A DNA stretch of 64,000 nucleotides from Vermamoeba vermiformis (Eukaryota): positions 62,001-126,000 of the forward strand of contig JBEWZL010000184.1 in the NCBI GenBank assembly GCA_045837725.1, in the 5' to 3' direction. A program made the position numbers and the translations under genes. Below the pieces are notes generated by a model. The model made no database searches, was not told the origin of the DNA, and worked only from the letters and a program-made list of their open reading frames with translations. Positions 51,837 through 63,007 of this stretch are shown here, one piece after another. The first letter of the stretch is position 1; each line of letters opens with the position of its first letter.

Positions 51837-53032
51837 CTATTTGTGCTTGTTCGGATCAAACACTTCCCACCGCGACATGGGGTGCAGATGTTTGTTGCGC
51901 TCGTAGAACTGACGCGTCACGATCTTCGCGGCGTGGGACTGCACGAATGAGTTAGTACTGCATAGAGATATATATATATGTACCGCGCTATTCACGTACC
52001 TCGTTGCTCGCTGTGCCGTCGCTGAGTCGGATGTCTTGCTTCACTTCCCACTCGAACAGCGGGCCTGTCTTGCCGCGCGCACGTGTCTCAATCAGCTCGT
52101 AGAAGGTGTAGTGCTGTCAACTGCTGTCAGCGATCACGTGATTTACTAGAATGACACGTGTCACTCCTACCTGCGGAATAATGGCGTCCTCTTTCACGAA
52201 CAACAAGCTGTCCACTGGCACTCCGCGCAGTTCAGTGAATTCCTTGCGCGCAATGTCCAAGAACTGTTCGACAGTAGTGCCACGTGTCACCGTCACTTGT
52301 GCGCGGTGATTCAGTCCGTCGTAGTAATTGCAGTGCACTTTGAGCGGCGCGGACTTGATCCGCTCTTGTTCCTCCAGCCACTCGCGCTTCAATCGCTCGC
52401 GCTCCTGTGCCTCGCGCTCCTCACGCTCCTTGTCGGGCAAGAAGGAGGTGTCGACCGTCGGGTCTTTGCCTAATTTCTTCATCGTCGGAGCAGATCCGCT
52501 CTCGTTCTCGGTCTTGGCTCGCTTGTTGTTTATAGTGAACTCCTCTTCTTCCTCCTCACCCTCGAGATCAAATGACAGCTTGCTCTTATTTATTTGCGCT
52601 ATTTTTCTTTTCTTCGCATTGCTGCAAGAGGTCAGATCCCGATCCAAATTCCAATCTCCAATAAATACAGCGAAATTATCGGCTATTACTTACTTGTCTT
52701 GTTGTCGTTGCTCTTGCGATTCTACTTTGAGGCGTTTCTTCTGAAATTCATCGAGCGTGTGAAATCCAACAGTCTCTTCTTTGAGCTGCTCTTCCAACAC
52801 ACTCTTCTGCGAGCTGAACTTGTCGCTGATAGACACAACACCTACTTGCGACTCTTTGCGCAGCTTGTTGACTTGTTCTTGGTGTTGCCGCTGCATCTGC
52901 TCGCGTTCTTTTTGAAGACGCAAGATGCGATTTATATCCACTACAATCGCGCGTTAGACCGTTAGCATAGCTCTAATACCTCATATTGAGTAGCAGCCAG
53001 GACGTACCATCAGTGCCTTTGTACTCGGTCAT
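51837..53032 (-). CDS. FAM50: XAP5/FAM50 family protein
   Basis: KLSFDLE, KKLGKDPTVDTSFLPDKERE, LLFVKEDAIIP, ARGKTGPLF, SHAAKIV. Confidence 0.92.
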
Positions 53033-53164
53033 GTGTGGTGTTCAGTGCTCGGCGCGAATCTGCAATGAATTCGCAGCGCTGATTGGACAATTAGAGCACA
53101 GGCAAGTAGAGTGTTAATAGGGTAGTTATTTACATGACTTATGACACAACAGTATTATACATCG

Positions 53165-54311
53165 CTACAGGCCCTGCACGCGCGTCAAGGACTGGATCTG
53201 CTCGCCACATCTGGGACAGGGTGCTTTGCTGTCCTCCAAGAGCAGCAGCTGCAGACAATAGTAGCAGCCTATATGCCCGCACTTGCTCGCGTGGGACATC
53301 TGCGGCACTGCACCACACACCACGCACGCACTGCTCTCTGTCACCGTGCGAGGGGCGGAATAATTGCTCCACCAGTGACGCGTGACACGTGTCAAATAGT
53401 GTCTGGCGCGGTGCAGCTCCAACATGGGCACGATGAACTGCATGAATTCAGTGAAGCCGTTCCACACCAGCTGTCGATTCATGTACTCGAAGCTGATCTT
53501 GCGCGCGATGCTCGGTCGGCGGTACAAGAGCCGGATGCGCAACACACGGTGCACGAGGGTGAGGTACTGGCCTGCTCGAGGACATTAATCGGCAGTCCTA
53601 ACTATAGTGTATGTATAATGTACATATATATATGGTACGCACCCGAGTACAAGAAGTGCAGGTAGTTGAGCAGCGAGAGCACTTTGAGCACACTCAGCGC
53701 GCGATGTTGCAACACACGACGCTGCGCACTGACTGGCAGCACGTGACTGAGCACGTGACCGGGCACGTGACCCAATCTCGCGCTGAGATACTTGTAGCCA
53801 CTGGTCGCTAAAAATAGCAGCACTTTCTTGGTCGGGGTGAGTGCCGCAAAGTAGAGATTTTGCAGCTGATTGCCATATGTGGTGTTGAGAGACCACACGC
53901 TGATGCGAAATATAATTAATTCGAGGAACAGCTCGAGCTCGGGGGTGAATCTGCTGATCGACTCGGCCTGGGTGAAGTGTCAGTGGTTAATTATTTTATT
54001 ATTTTTCCTGCGTGTGTCTTTATTGCGTATGCTTAATTCGCAATTTCATGTCCAGCTGGCTATTATTTAAAATTTACCTTGAAAAATGAGAAGATCTTCA
54101 TAAATTGCATTTTTAAAATGTCATTCAGCTCTTTATCTAATATTTGTGCGTCCAGTTGATTAACGCGCAATATTCTGACTTGAGACGCATCTCGGGGCTG
54201 TCCCATCAATTTGTCTTGGTAATCCAGCAGCGTTGGTTGGATCTTGCTTGCTTCTTGTTGCCACTCATTCTCAATCTGCGGCAACACCGACGGTACGACT
54301 GCCTCGTTCAT
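53165..54311 (-). CDS. PEX2: Peroxin-2 RING-type peroxisomal membrane protein
   Basis: LRVNQLDAQILDKEL, TYGNQLQNL, ISFEYMNRQLVWNGFTEF, CGHIGCYYC...CPRC. Confidence 0.92.
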
Positions 54312-54681
54312 ATTGATGTGGCGTGTTGTTTCATCGGTGATTGGTCTTCAACTGTGTTGGGGAACTGGATCTGTCCCGAAGCAGAACGAGCACGTGCTCG
54401 TTAACGGCAGTCACGTGATCGAGCTGGATGCGATGTCCATCACACGTACTATATTAGCGAGGTACACTAGTGCATTGTCAGCACCACTTTATTGAGGTGT
54501 CAGTACACAGCCATCACACACGTATGCTCTCATCAGTCGTGTGGTCCTCAGTACCGGGCTCAGTAGTAGTGCCGGTCTGTACATATCACTGCACCGGGCT
54601 CAGTACTCATCACTGCACTGTACATGACACGAGACACAACACATATTCACACGAGACATCACTATCGGCACCCCCATTGCT

Positions 54682-55662
54682 TCACTGTTTGAGTGCCTCC
54701 AAGCGCTTGGTCACGTGCTCAATCAGCTCACTCGTGTGCAGGTCCAGTGGATGTGCACTGCCACGTGCTGCTTCGTACTTGCGCGCTTTGTCCCACAGCT
54801 CCAAGCAGCGGAACAAGTCCTCGAGAGTGGCACTGAGTGTCTTGGTGCCACCAGCTGTCAACTCACTCAAGTGTCGCACGTCGTGCTCGCACTTGTCGCG
54901 CTGCAGCATGAAGATGCGTGCGTAGCAGAACGACAGGACGAGGTAGCACAGTGCGGCACGCTGCTCGTCATCACGTGACAGACACACACTCACGGCATGG
55001 ACTAGCAGCGCGGCACTCGAGCGATACAGCAGCACGCGCTTGGCCAGATCGAGGTGTGGTGCGCACAGTGTCGCGCGCGCGTAGGTGAGAGTCGAGTGTA
55101 TATAGCACTCCACGCCCTCACTCGAGTGCTTGTGCTTGTCGCCGCGGTGCTTCAACTGCTTGGCGTCCTCCATCAGCCGGTTGTACTCGCTCGTGTCTTC
55201 ATCGCCCTCAGCCACTTCTTTGCGCTTCTTCTGCGGGTCTGTGATCGCTGCGTCAGATTCGCGCTTGCGTTTGACACCACGCGACTCAGAGTCGTTGAGT
55301 TTGAGCTGATAGGCCTTGACGATCTTGTTGATAATCTTGCTGTCAATGGCTGCTATGGGCTCGACGATTGGTGCACTCATTTCCTTGTTATAATTAGTGC
55401 ATTACAGATAGATTCGACTACGTAGGGTCGTACCTGAAGCAGCTGTTCAATTGTAGGAGATCTGGAAATTTACAATTAAAATTAGTTTAACGTGAAATTA
55501 ATTTTAAAAATTAGACATAAATTAGCCAACATACATTGAGTCAGCAACAGCAGATTGGGAGTCTTCTGATTGAAAAGTGCCGTATTGAGCGCGAAATTTA
55601 TCCTTGCTCAAATCGACCGGCAAGTCCATATTCTTAATTCGTTCGTCCAATGTACTGGCCAT
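54682..55662 (-). CDS. Compact AF4/FMR2 (AFF)-like protein with C-terminal homology domain
   Basis: 3 exons; LMEDAKQLKHRGD...AALCYLVLSFCYARIFMLQRD resembles the AFF CHD; IEQLLQEMSAPIVEPIAAI resembles the AFF ELL-binding segment. Confidence 0.7.
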
Positions 55663-55903
55663 GGTGGTGGTGGTATTGTTTGCAACTTGATTACGACACG
55701 ACAGCAGTTGCTCGGCTAATTGAGAGTCTGACCACACGAGTCAGAGGCTATTTTGGCGAGCCAGAGACAGCACGAAAAGGCGAAAGAAAAAGCGAAGGAA
55801 AAAAACACTCGGGTAAAATCAGGCCGAAAAATAATAGGAGCCGTTTGAAATCAGTTCAGAGCACCGCTCCCACTCAAAACAACACAAATAACACCTGCAC
55901 ACT

Positions 55904-56709
55904 ATGTACAACACCTTGTTGTCCGTTTTACTTGCTGATGACGCAACCCCCGCCGTTGCTTCATTCTTCGGATTTATGGGCGCTGCTTCTGCCTTGATTT
56001 TCACTTGTAAGTAGACATTGAATGTTTTGACATTATGGAATATATTTATAGTTAATTCGGTAATTTTTTAAATAATTATCGGTTAATTTGTACGAAATAC
56101 GATCTTGGTTAATCTAATCTCCTTTTCTTGTGAACATTCAATTAAGCCAATTAATATGAATAGGCCTCGGTGCTGGTTATGGTACTGCTAAGGCTGGTGT
56201 TGGTGTCGCTTCTATGGGTGTGATTAGGCCCGACCTCGTCATGAAATCTATCATTCCCGTTATTATGGCTGGTGTCATCGGTATTTACGGTCTGATTATT
56301 GCTGTCTTTCTTGCTTCTCCTAGTAAGTGTTAATGAGCACATTTTGCTACTCAATACTGCATTTTTACTGACTAAATCTGAATTGTAACCGATCTACATC
56401 CAGATCGTTACGCAATTATTATTATTGCAAACAAATACCGCAACATTACTAACGCACCAATTAATAGTTCAATCCACTGGCTACACTGAATTCAAGGGCT
56501 TCGCTGCTCTCGGCTCTGGTCTCTCAGTCGGTCTCGCAGGTCTCGCTGCTGGCATGTCGATCGGCATTGTCGGTGACGCTGGTGTGCGCGCTAACGCTCA
56601 ACAACCTAAGATCTTCGTCGGTCTCATTCTCATTCTCATTTTTGCTGAAGCCTTGGCTTTGTACGGTTTGATCGTCGCCCTCGTTATTGGTCTTAAGGCC
56701 AACTCTTAA
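55904..56709 (+). CDS. VMA3: V-ATPase proteolipid subunit c (16 kDa)
   Basis: [80 protein letters not shown]. Confidence 0.96.
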
Positions 56710-57079
56710 GCTCTTAATAAGACGAGCGTATTGATATTAATTTATTTTTAATAAACTCATTTTTCGAAACAACGAATTATCATGCAGCCCCGCGCGAAGA
56801 ATTTGACCACTGTCGAAATTTAGCAAAGGTTCGGAGCAAGCTAACTTTCACGTCAGTGATGACAGACGCCAGCGTCGTACCAGGCCTTTAATCTTAATCA
56901 GAAGGCGTACATTTTTTTAGCTTGAGATGTTTGGCGATGCACGTCGATTGCAAGGGATGATGATGCTGGTAGCAGTAGCGTAGAATTCTGAGTTGAGCCT
57001 ATCGCAATCCTCCCAGATCTGCCATCAATCATCAACTCAACTGGGAGCTTTTTACACGTGGAGATGGGACATATGATTT

Positions 57080-58460
57080 ATAGCCAACGGCGGACGTCCC
57101 GTCCACCAAAAATTGGACATCCGCCAAGGACCACACGTCTGCCGACCATACATTATATAGTACAAAGTTTTTAATAGGATTTCTATATGCCATGTGTGTG
57201 GTTAAGCATATCCCTTCCATATAAAAAGGTTTGCCACCATGCTGGACAAAGATACAGGAGGTCGTCCTGCACATGGTGAGCAAGGTGTCCGTCCATGGTC
57301 AGGGTGTCCGTCCGTGGTCAGGGTGTCCGTCCATGGACAGGGTGTCCACCGTGGACAGGGCGTCCACCGACCTTAGTAATTGACCAATTCAAATCACCTT
57401 GTTTCAGCATGTAGAACATGAATATAATATGGGTGGATTTTGCTTTCTGGTGGCTGAGGAGTGCTGTAGAACGGAGAGTAGGAGGGGATGAAGTTGCCAT
57501 ACATTGGTGATTTCAGCAACCCCCATTTAAGTACTAGCACAGAGATTAACCACCCGTACAAAGATTGATTATGAATTTTCTGGCCATTTTGTTGCTTACA
57601 TATGAAGAACTCCCATTGAAGTTGGTTGCAAAAAAAAGGTTACTTATACAGAACCAACCTCATGCATCAATAGTTCTGTCTAGAACTTAGTGTATTTTCA
57701 ATTCTCTACAAATTTTATGTTGCTGAAAGGGTGTGCATGTCAACTTTTTTGTATCAGCTTTGATTTGAGTGCATGCATAGATTTGGAAGCTGCTTCTATA
57801 GTTGTTGAAACTGCAAACATTTGGAGCCAAGTGAGGTATGCAGAAGATTAGTTCTGTTGATGAGTCTAATTTTTCCAGCTCCTTTAGAAATTATCCATCA
57901 GATACACTGGATATAGCAGAAACATATCAATAATACAATAATTTAAGCAGTTGCTGCAACTGTCAGAGAAAACCTAATGTCAGCGGACGCCCCGTCCACG
58001 GTGGACGCCCTGCCCATGGTGGATGTCCAGCGCACAATATGCAAGCCGACCTCCACAACATAAAAAAGTATGTATGATGCAAAAATTTTTGGACATTTAG
58101 GTGACAATGAATTGTAGCTAAAGTTCAGTGGTGCATAAAATACGTATAGTTGTGCTGTACACAGTATGTGCTGATGGATGGGTTCATACTTAATGCTGAA
58201 AATTTACAAATTGCTGTCACTACAATATCATTGACAATTACTCATATCTTCTTGTTATATAGTGATAGTTCTATGTATTTCCAAAGTTTAAATGGTTTTG
58301 CAGCATATAGAACAAAGTTCTGTTACTTAAGTTCTTTGCAGAACAATGCCATTTTCAGCCTCCTGCGCTTAGCCCAATGCCTCCTGATGCCAATAGTAGT
58401 CCTTCTTGGGTCCACTGGTGCTAATGGCAAAGTTTGGTTTAAGTTGGTCAATTACTAACA
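57080..58460. mobile_element. Probable decayed non-autonomous DNA transposon/MITE-like relic
   Basis: Inverted homologous arms 57257-57376 vs 57974-58054; perfect 15-bp inverted pair 57373-57387 / 58444-58458; strong CpG depletion; no transposase recognised. Confidence 0.5.
57283..57372. repeat. Tandem repeat of 18-19 bp units (AGGGTGTCCGTCCRTGGWC), about 4.5 copies
   Basis: Directly visible; related copies in the opposite orientation at ~57085-57110 and 57974-58030. Confidence 0.9.
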
Positions 58461-58580
58461 TCAGATGATGCAGCAACCCCAGACGGATGCATCCTGTTCA
58501 GCCTGGCAATCCCCCAGGTTCTGTGTGGAACTAGCATTGGATCTCCAGACTCAATCAAAGTGCTCAGGTGGGCTCTGGGG

Positions 58581-58671
58581 GACGGCCAGGCCAAATTGGC
58601 CAGGGTGGCCGGTAAGACTTGTGATTTTGCCAGGAAGGATACAGGAGCAGGTTCAATTCCTGCTGCTGCCA
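58581..58671 (+). pseudogene. tRNA-like element (Thr-TGT-like pseudogene or SINE head)
   Basis: A-box-like GGCCAAATTGG, hairpin GGTAAGA-CTTGTGA-TTTTGCC, T arm GCAGG-TTCAATT-CCTGC, T6 run after 58671; acceptor stem mismatched and spacing non-canonical. Confidence 0.55.
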
Positions 58672-59118
58672 TTTTTTCTGAATGTCAGTTACTAGTGGAT
58701 TGTTATCACCCAATGCAGCAGTAATATGTATATTAATGCCTCATATGTGTAGATGCTCCAGTTGGCGCCTTGTACCATACATACCTGGCCAACTTCCTCT
58801 GGAAGCCTCTTTCATGGATAATGCTCAAAATGCCTTCAACTATGCTGGAGGTAGTTCAATAGTGAAATATGGTTTGGGTTCCTATCCTGGGGCTCTTGCA
58901 TGTCATAAGTAATGTATGGTCTTGCACATTCGTTAGGTACTTTTAACTAGCATTAGAAACGTACAACCCAATCTTCAAGAGAACTTTCAAGCTGTCAGCT
59001 CCTGGGTGAAGATTGGCAAGAGACCCAGCAACGCTGCTCTGTAGTAAGAACTATTAAATGCCCAACTGAAATTACGTACAAAAATCCCTCTGACAGGTGC
59101 AATGTCAAAACTGTCAAA

Positions 59119-60637
59119 ATGGACTTGTCAGCAACTGCACATTTCATTGCAATGAACGAAGAAGAGCACGAGTTGAGTGTTCTCAGTGAGGCTGAAACCG
59201 ATGAGGTCACTCTAATCGAGTGTAATGATAAGGATCTTGTGGTTCAGGGGCCAGATCAGCCCTTCGCGACTAAAAAGGAGTTGATCTGCTTCTTTTTGTT
59301 TGGTGTGTTTAACAATTTCTCTTTTATTATCATGTTAAGGTATTCAAGGCAGTTATTTACATTATTGTTCGTTACTAAGACCCTTCAGTGCCGCAAAAGA
59401 TATTCTGCTGCGCGGTGAAGGAGGGCCAATAATACCCGTGGGAGTGGTGTTGCTCGCAGATATATTGCCGACACTACTGATCAAGTCTACCGCTGCGTTG
59501 TATTTAGACAAGATCCGCCCCAAGTAAGTCACGCGTGCATTGCGAACCTTCTTAGCACCTTTCTGCGTAATAATACATTGCTGCAGCTATCGCATATCAA
59601 TCATTGTCCCCACACTGTTCATCTCCTTTCACATTGTCGCGTGGTTCAGCGCTATTCCGCTCAAATTGCTGGGGATCGTGTTGTCGAGTGCCTCCTCTGG
59701 TCTCGGTGAAGTCAGCTTCATATCACTCACGCATCAGTACCACCCCGATAGTGTGCAGGCATTCTCTAGTGGCACGGGAGGTGCGGGACTGCTCGCAGCC
59801 CTGATCTACGTCCTGTGCACGACGGTGCTGCAACTCTCGCTCACATCCACGCTGGTGCTCTGTTCGCTGCCAGTACTCGCGCTGTTGCTCGCATATATAC
59901 TGCTGCCTGTTCCGCGCACTGACCCTGCACCTCTCAGTGGACACCGCGCACCTGCTGACAGCTCGCTGGTGTCTCGCCGAGCCCTCTTAAAGGTACCTGC
60001 TAAATAAGGCAATAATGACGCCGAACTGATCGAAATTTCGTTCCAGCCCCTGCTCGTCAAGTACGTGTTGCCAGTGGCCATCACTTATCTCGCGCAGTAT
60101 CTCATCAACCAGGGCATCAATCCCACCATCTGGTTCACGAATGCTCCGTTCAGTGAACGAGATCACTACGTGCTCTATCAGGCTCTTTACCAAGTAAGGC
60201 AAGTGTCGTGTGCTGAACTCGATTGCTGACACGTGATGACAGGTGACTGCCTTTTTAGGCAAGTCGACAAGCAAGTGCATGCCCATTCGTCAGCTGTGGT
60301 TGCTAACAGTGCTGCAGGGCCTCAATCTCGCGCTGCTGCTCACACACGCGCTGAGTGGCGTGCTGCCCAATGTGTACGTCATGTTCGGCGTGGTGCTGTA
60401 CGAGGGCTACATTGCGGGGGCTATCTACGTCAATGCGTTCTATCTCGTGCGCACGCAAGTGGACGAGCAACATCGAGAGTTCGCGCTGCAAGTCACTAGG
60501 TAAGTATATATGGACCCTATTCTGCTCGTACTGACTTAGTTGCTTGCAGCGCGGCAGATGCGATCGGTGTTTCGATGGCTGGCGTGTTGGCGTTGTTTGT
60601 GGAGCCATTCATCCTGTCGCATCGCACAACGTCATGA
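59119..60637 (+). CDS. CLN3: Battenin (CLN3/BTN1) lysosomal membrane protein
   Basis: FFLFGVFNNFSFIIMLSAAKDIL, VLLADILP, SSGLGEVSF, FSSGTGGAGL, YLINQG, YEGYIAGAIYVNAF; start may be 59119 or 59152. Confidence 0.93.
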
Positions 60638-60787
60638 CCACTGTTGCTGCTTCAGTCAGTATTGCTGGGTCGTGTGGTGGATCGTGTTGTAAATAAAATT
60701 TGAAAAAAAGGCGGGCAATACCGTTGTTGCACGAAATACCGTTGAACATCACTTATTTTATCAACAAGTAACTATGCGACACTAGAG

Positions 60788-62892
60788 ATGACTGAGCAGA
60801 TAGAGATTCAAGAAAGCAATTCACAAAGCATTCAAAGTGACGATGAGTCAGGCTCAGATTTGGGGGACGGAGACGTCGTGGAGAAAGTCGAACGTCGTAT
60901 TTATCAACCGATAGAATTCGATTTAAATGATCCGAATAATACATTTGTTGTTGATTTTGTCAGCTTACAACCAGACCAGCAGAAAGTAAGTGATCTGAAC
61001 GAGTTTTGATTAAATTTACAATAATTTCTGCAATTAATTATTTTCATCTTTATAATTATTTGCTACGATAATGACTGTTTTGGAGCACAAATCGTGGTTT
61101 TCCAACAAACAAATGTCCGTGAAAATTAACACTGGCACATGACAGACGAACACAGCTGCAAATGCCGAGCTTGCAGTGCCTGTGCCCGAGATCAGTGCTG
61201 CGCCGAGTGAGACTGCGAGTGCGAGTGAGATCAAAAAGAAAGAGCCCAATCCTGCGCTATTCTCGAACCGTATGACCAGTGTGATCCAGCGCATTGAACA
61301 GATCTACGCGACAGCAGCGGACCTCGGATACGACTCCAACGACAGTTTTATAGACGACGACGAGCTGTTTGACGAGGAGAATGACGCTGCAGCGGATGAA
61401 GAGGCGCTGTACCAAGGGTTTTACATCAACAAGGGTGAACTCGAGACCAAAAAACGCGCGCTTGAATTGAGCGAAGAGAGCGAAGAGCCCGCCAAGAAGA
61501 AGCGGCGCGTGGAGAGCGAGAGCACCACCACCACCAGCACTAAGAAGAGCGAGGGCGACAAGGAGGGGCAGACTAAAAAGAAGAAGAAGAAGAAGACGAG
61601 CAGCACGGGCGAGGGGAGTGCGAAGACGAGCAGCACCGATGCGGACAAGAAGAAGAGCAAGCAGCGCAGTGCGGGGGAGGAGGAGCACGCGAGCAAGAAG
61701 AAGAAGAGTGCCGCACTGGACGGCAAGACCAAGAAGAGCTCCGACAAGACCACCACTCCATCGCCGTACAAGACCACGCCACGCCTCGAAGAACACATTG
61801 TTCAACTCGCTGCTGCTGCGCGTCAATTTGTCGAGCGACATCTCGCCGAAAAACAACAACAACAACAGACCCCGCCCCCCACTGCCAGTCCCACCACAGC
61901 TCCAGCCAAGGACGGCAACAAAGTCGTCAGATTTCCGCGTCGCTTAGAGCCCAAGCTGCTGCTCGTGGCGCAAGATCTGCAAGCTCTGTATCCGCAGCAC
62001 AACTTCCCCGAGGAGCACATGCAGCGCATTGCAGCACCCTTCGCCCCCGTGTTCAAAGCCGAGTCCGTGCGACAACGCATGCTGCGCCTGCTGCAACAAC
62101 ACAAGCCCGAGCAGATTGACGAGAAGTCAGAGCTGGGGCAGCTGTTGAAGATCCGTCAGTACCTGCTCAAACGATTCAACGAGCGACTGCAGATCACGTG
62201 CGCCGCGTTGAAGCGCACTGTGCTGCCCGGTGAACCACCACCACGCTGGACCTGGAGCGAGGACTTCAAACGATACGTGGGCGAGATTGTGGAGCTCGAG
62301 AGGGTGATTGTCACCCTGCGCGCGAGTGCGAGGTACGTACCTGATGTCACGTGACTGGTTGTGTGACACTCCGATTGACACGTGTCACTGCAGCGAGAGC
62401 AAGAAAGAGCCAGGCAAAGAGAGCAAGCCCGTGGACATGAACAAAGCGCTCAAGCCCATGTACAGCGAGTTGAGTGCCATGTGGCCCGAGGGCTGGATCA
62501 CCAATCAGCGCATTGCCACGGCTGTCAAACCTCGCGCCAACGATGCACTGCCCACTCCCAAGCAGTTGATCGAGCACTACACGCCCTACCTCACGGGAGA
62601 GAAGAGCGACGAGATATTTCCGCGCCCCTCCGTACTCGCCAGCACGACCAATAACACTGTCGCGCAAGTCAGATCCGGGCCACCCATGCCGCAGCACACA
62701 GCTGCACCGACGCAAGCCTCAGTGCAAGGACTGCCGAGTGGACTGGCGTTCAATCAACTCACTGGTCTGGGCTGGTCACCCTCCCTGCCAATACCCACTG
62801 CATTCCCGCAATACAACTTGTACCCGCAGCAGATGTACAATAATAATGCGCCTATTAAGCCAGGCGAGTTTCCGTACTACACGCCGCAATAA
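60788..62892 (+). CDS. Ubinuclein/Hpc2 family (HUN domain) HIRA-complex subunit
   Basis: VIQRIEQIY...GYDSNDSFIDDDEL...GFYINKGEL; later YSELSAMWPEGW. Confidence 0.85.
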
Positions 62893-63007
62893 ACTTGTAT
62901 TCATAGCGATTGTTTGAGCGGTTCTGCCATGAAATTCCAGCGGTGATTGTTATTCGTCGATCTAAACGTAACACACAGCACCTCGTACGAGTCCTTGCAG
63001 TTGACAA

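Noticed and set aside
54545-54625. Short repeated ACCGGGCTCAGTA between PEX2 and the AFF-like gene
   Set aside because: Only two 13-bp copies with no structure or function I can support
56856-56991. GTGATGA...ATGATGA...CTGA boxes with a segment loosely complementary to the U2 5' end
   Set aside because: No terminal stem, imperfect complementarity and no D' box at the required position
57283-57372. Tandem array considered as CRISPR
   Set aside because: Units are contiguous with no unique spacers, no cas genes, eukaryotic context
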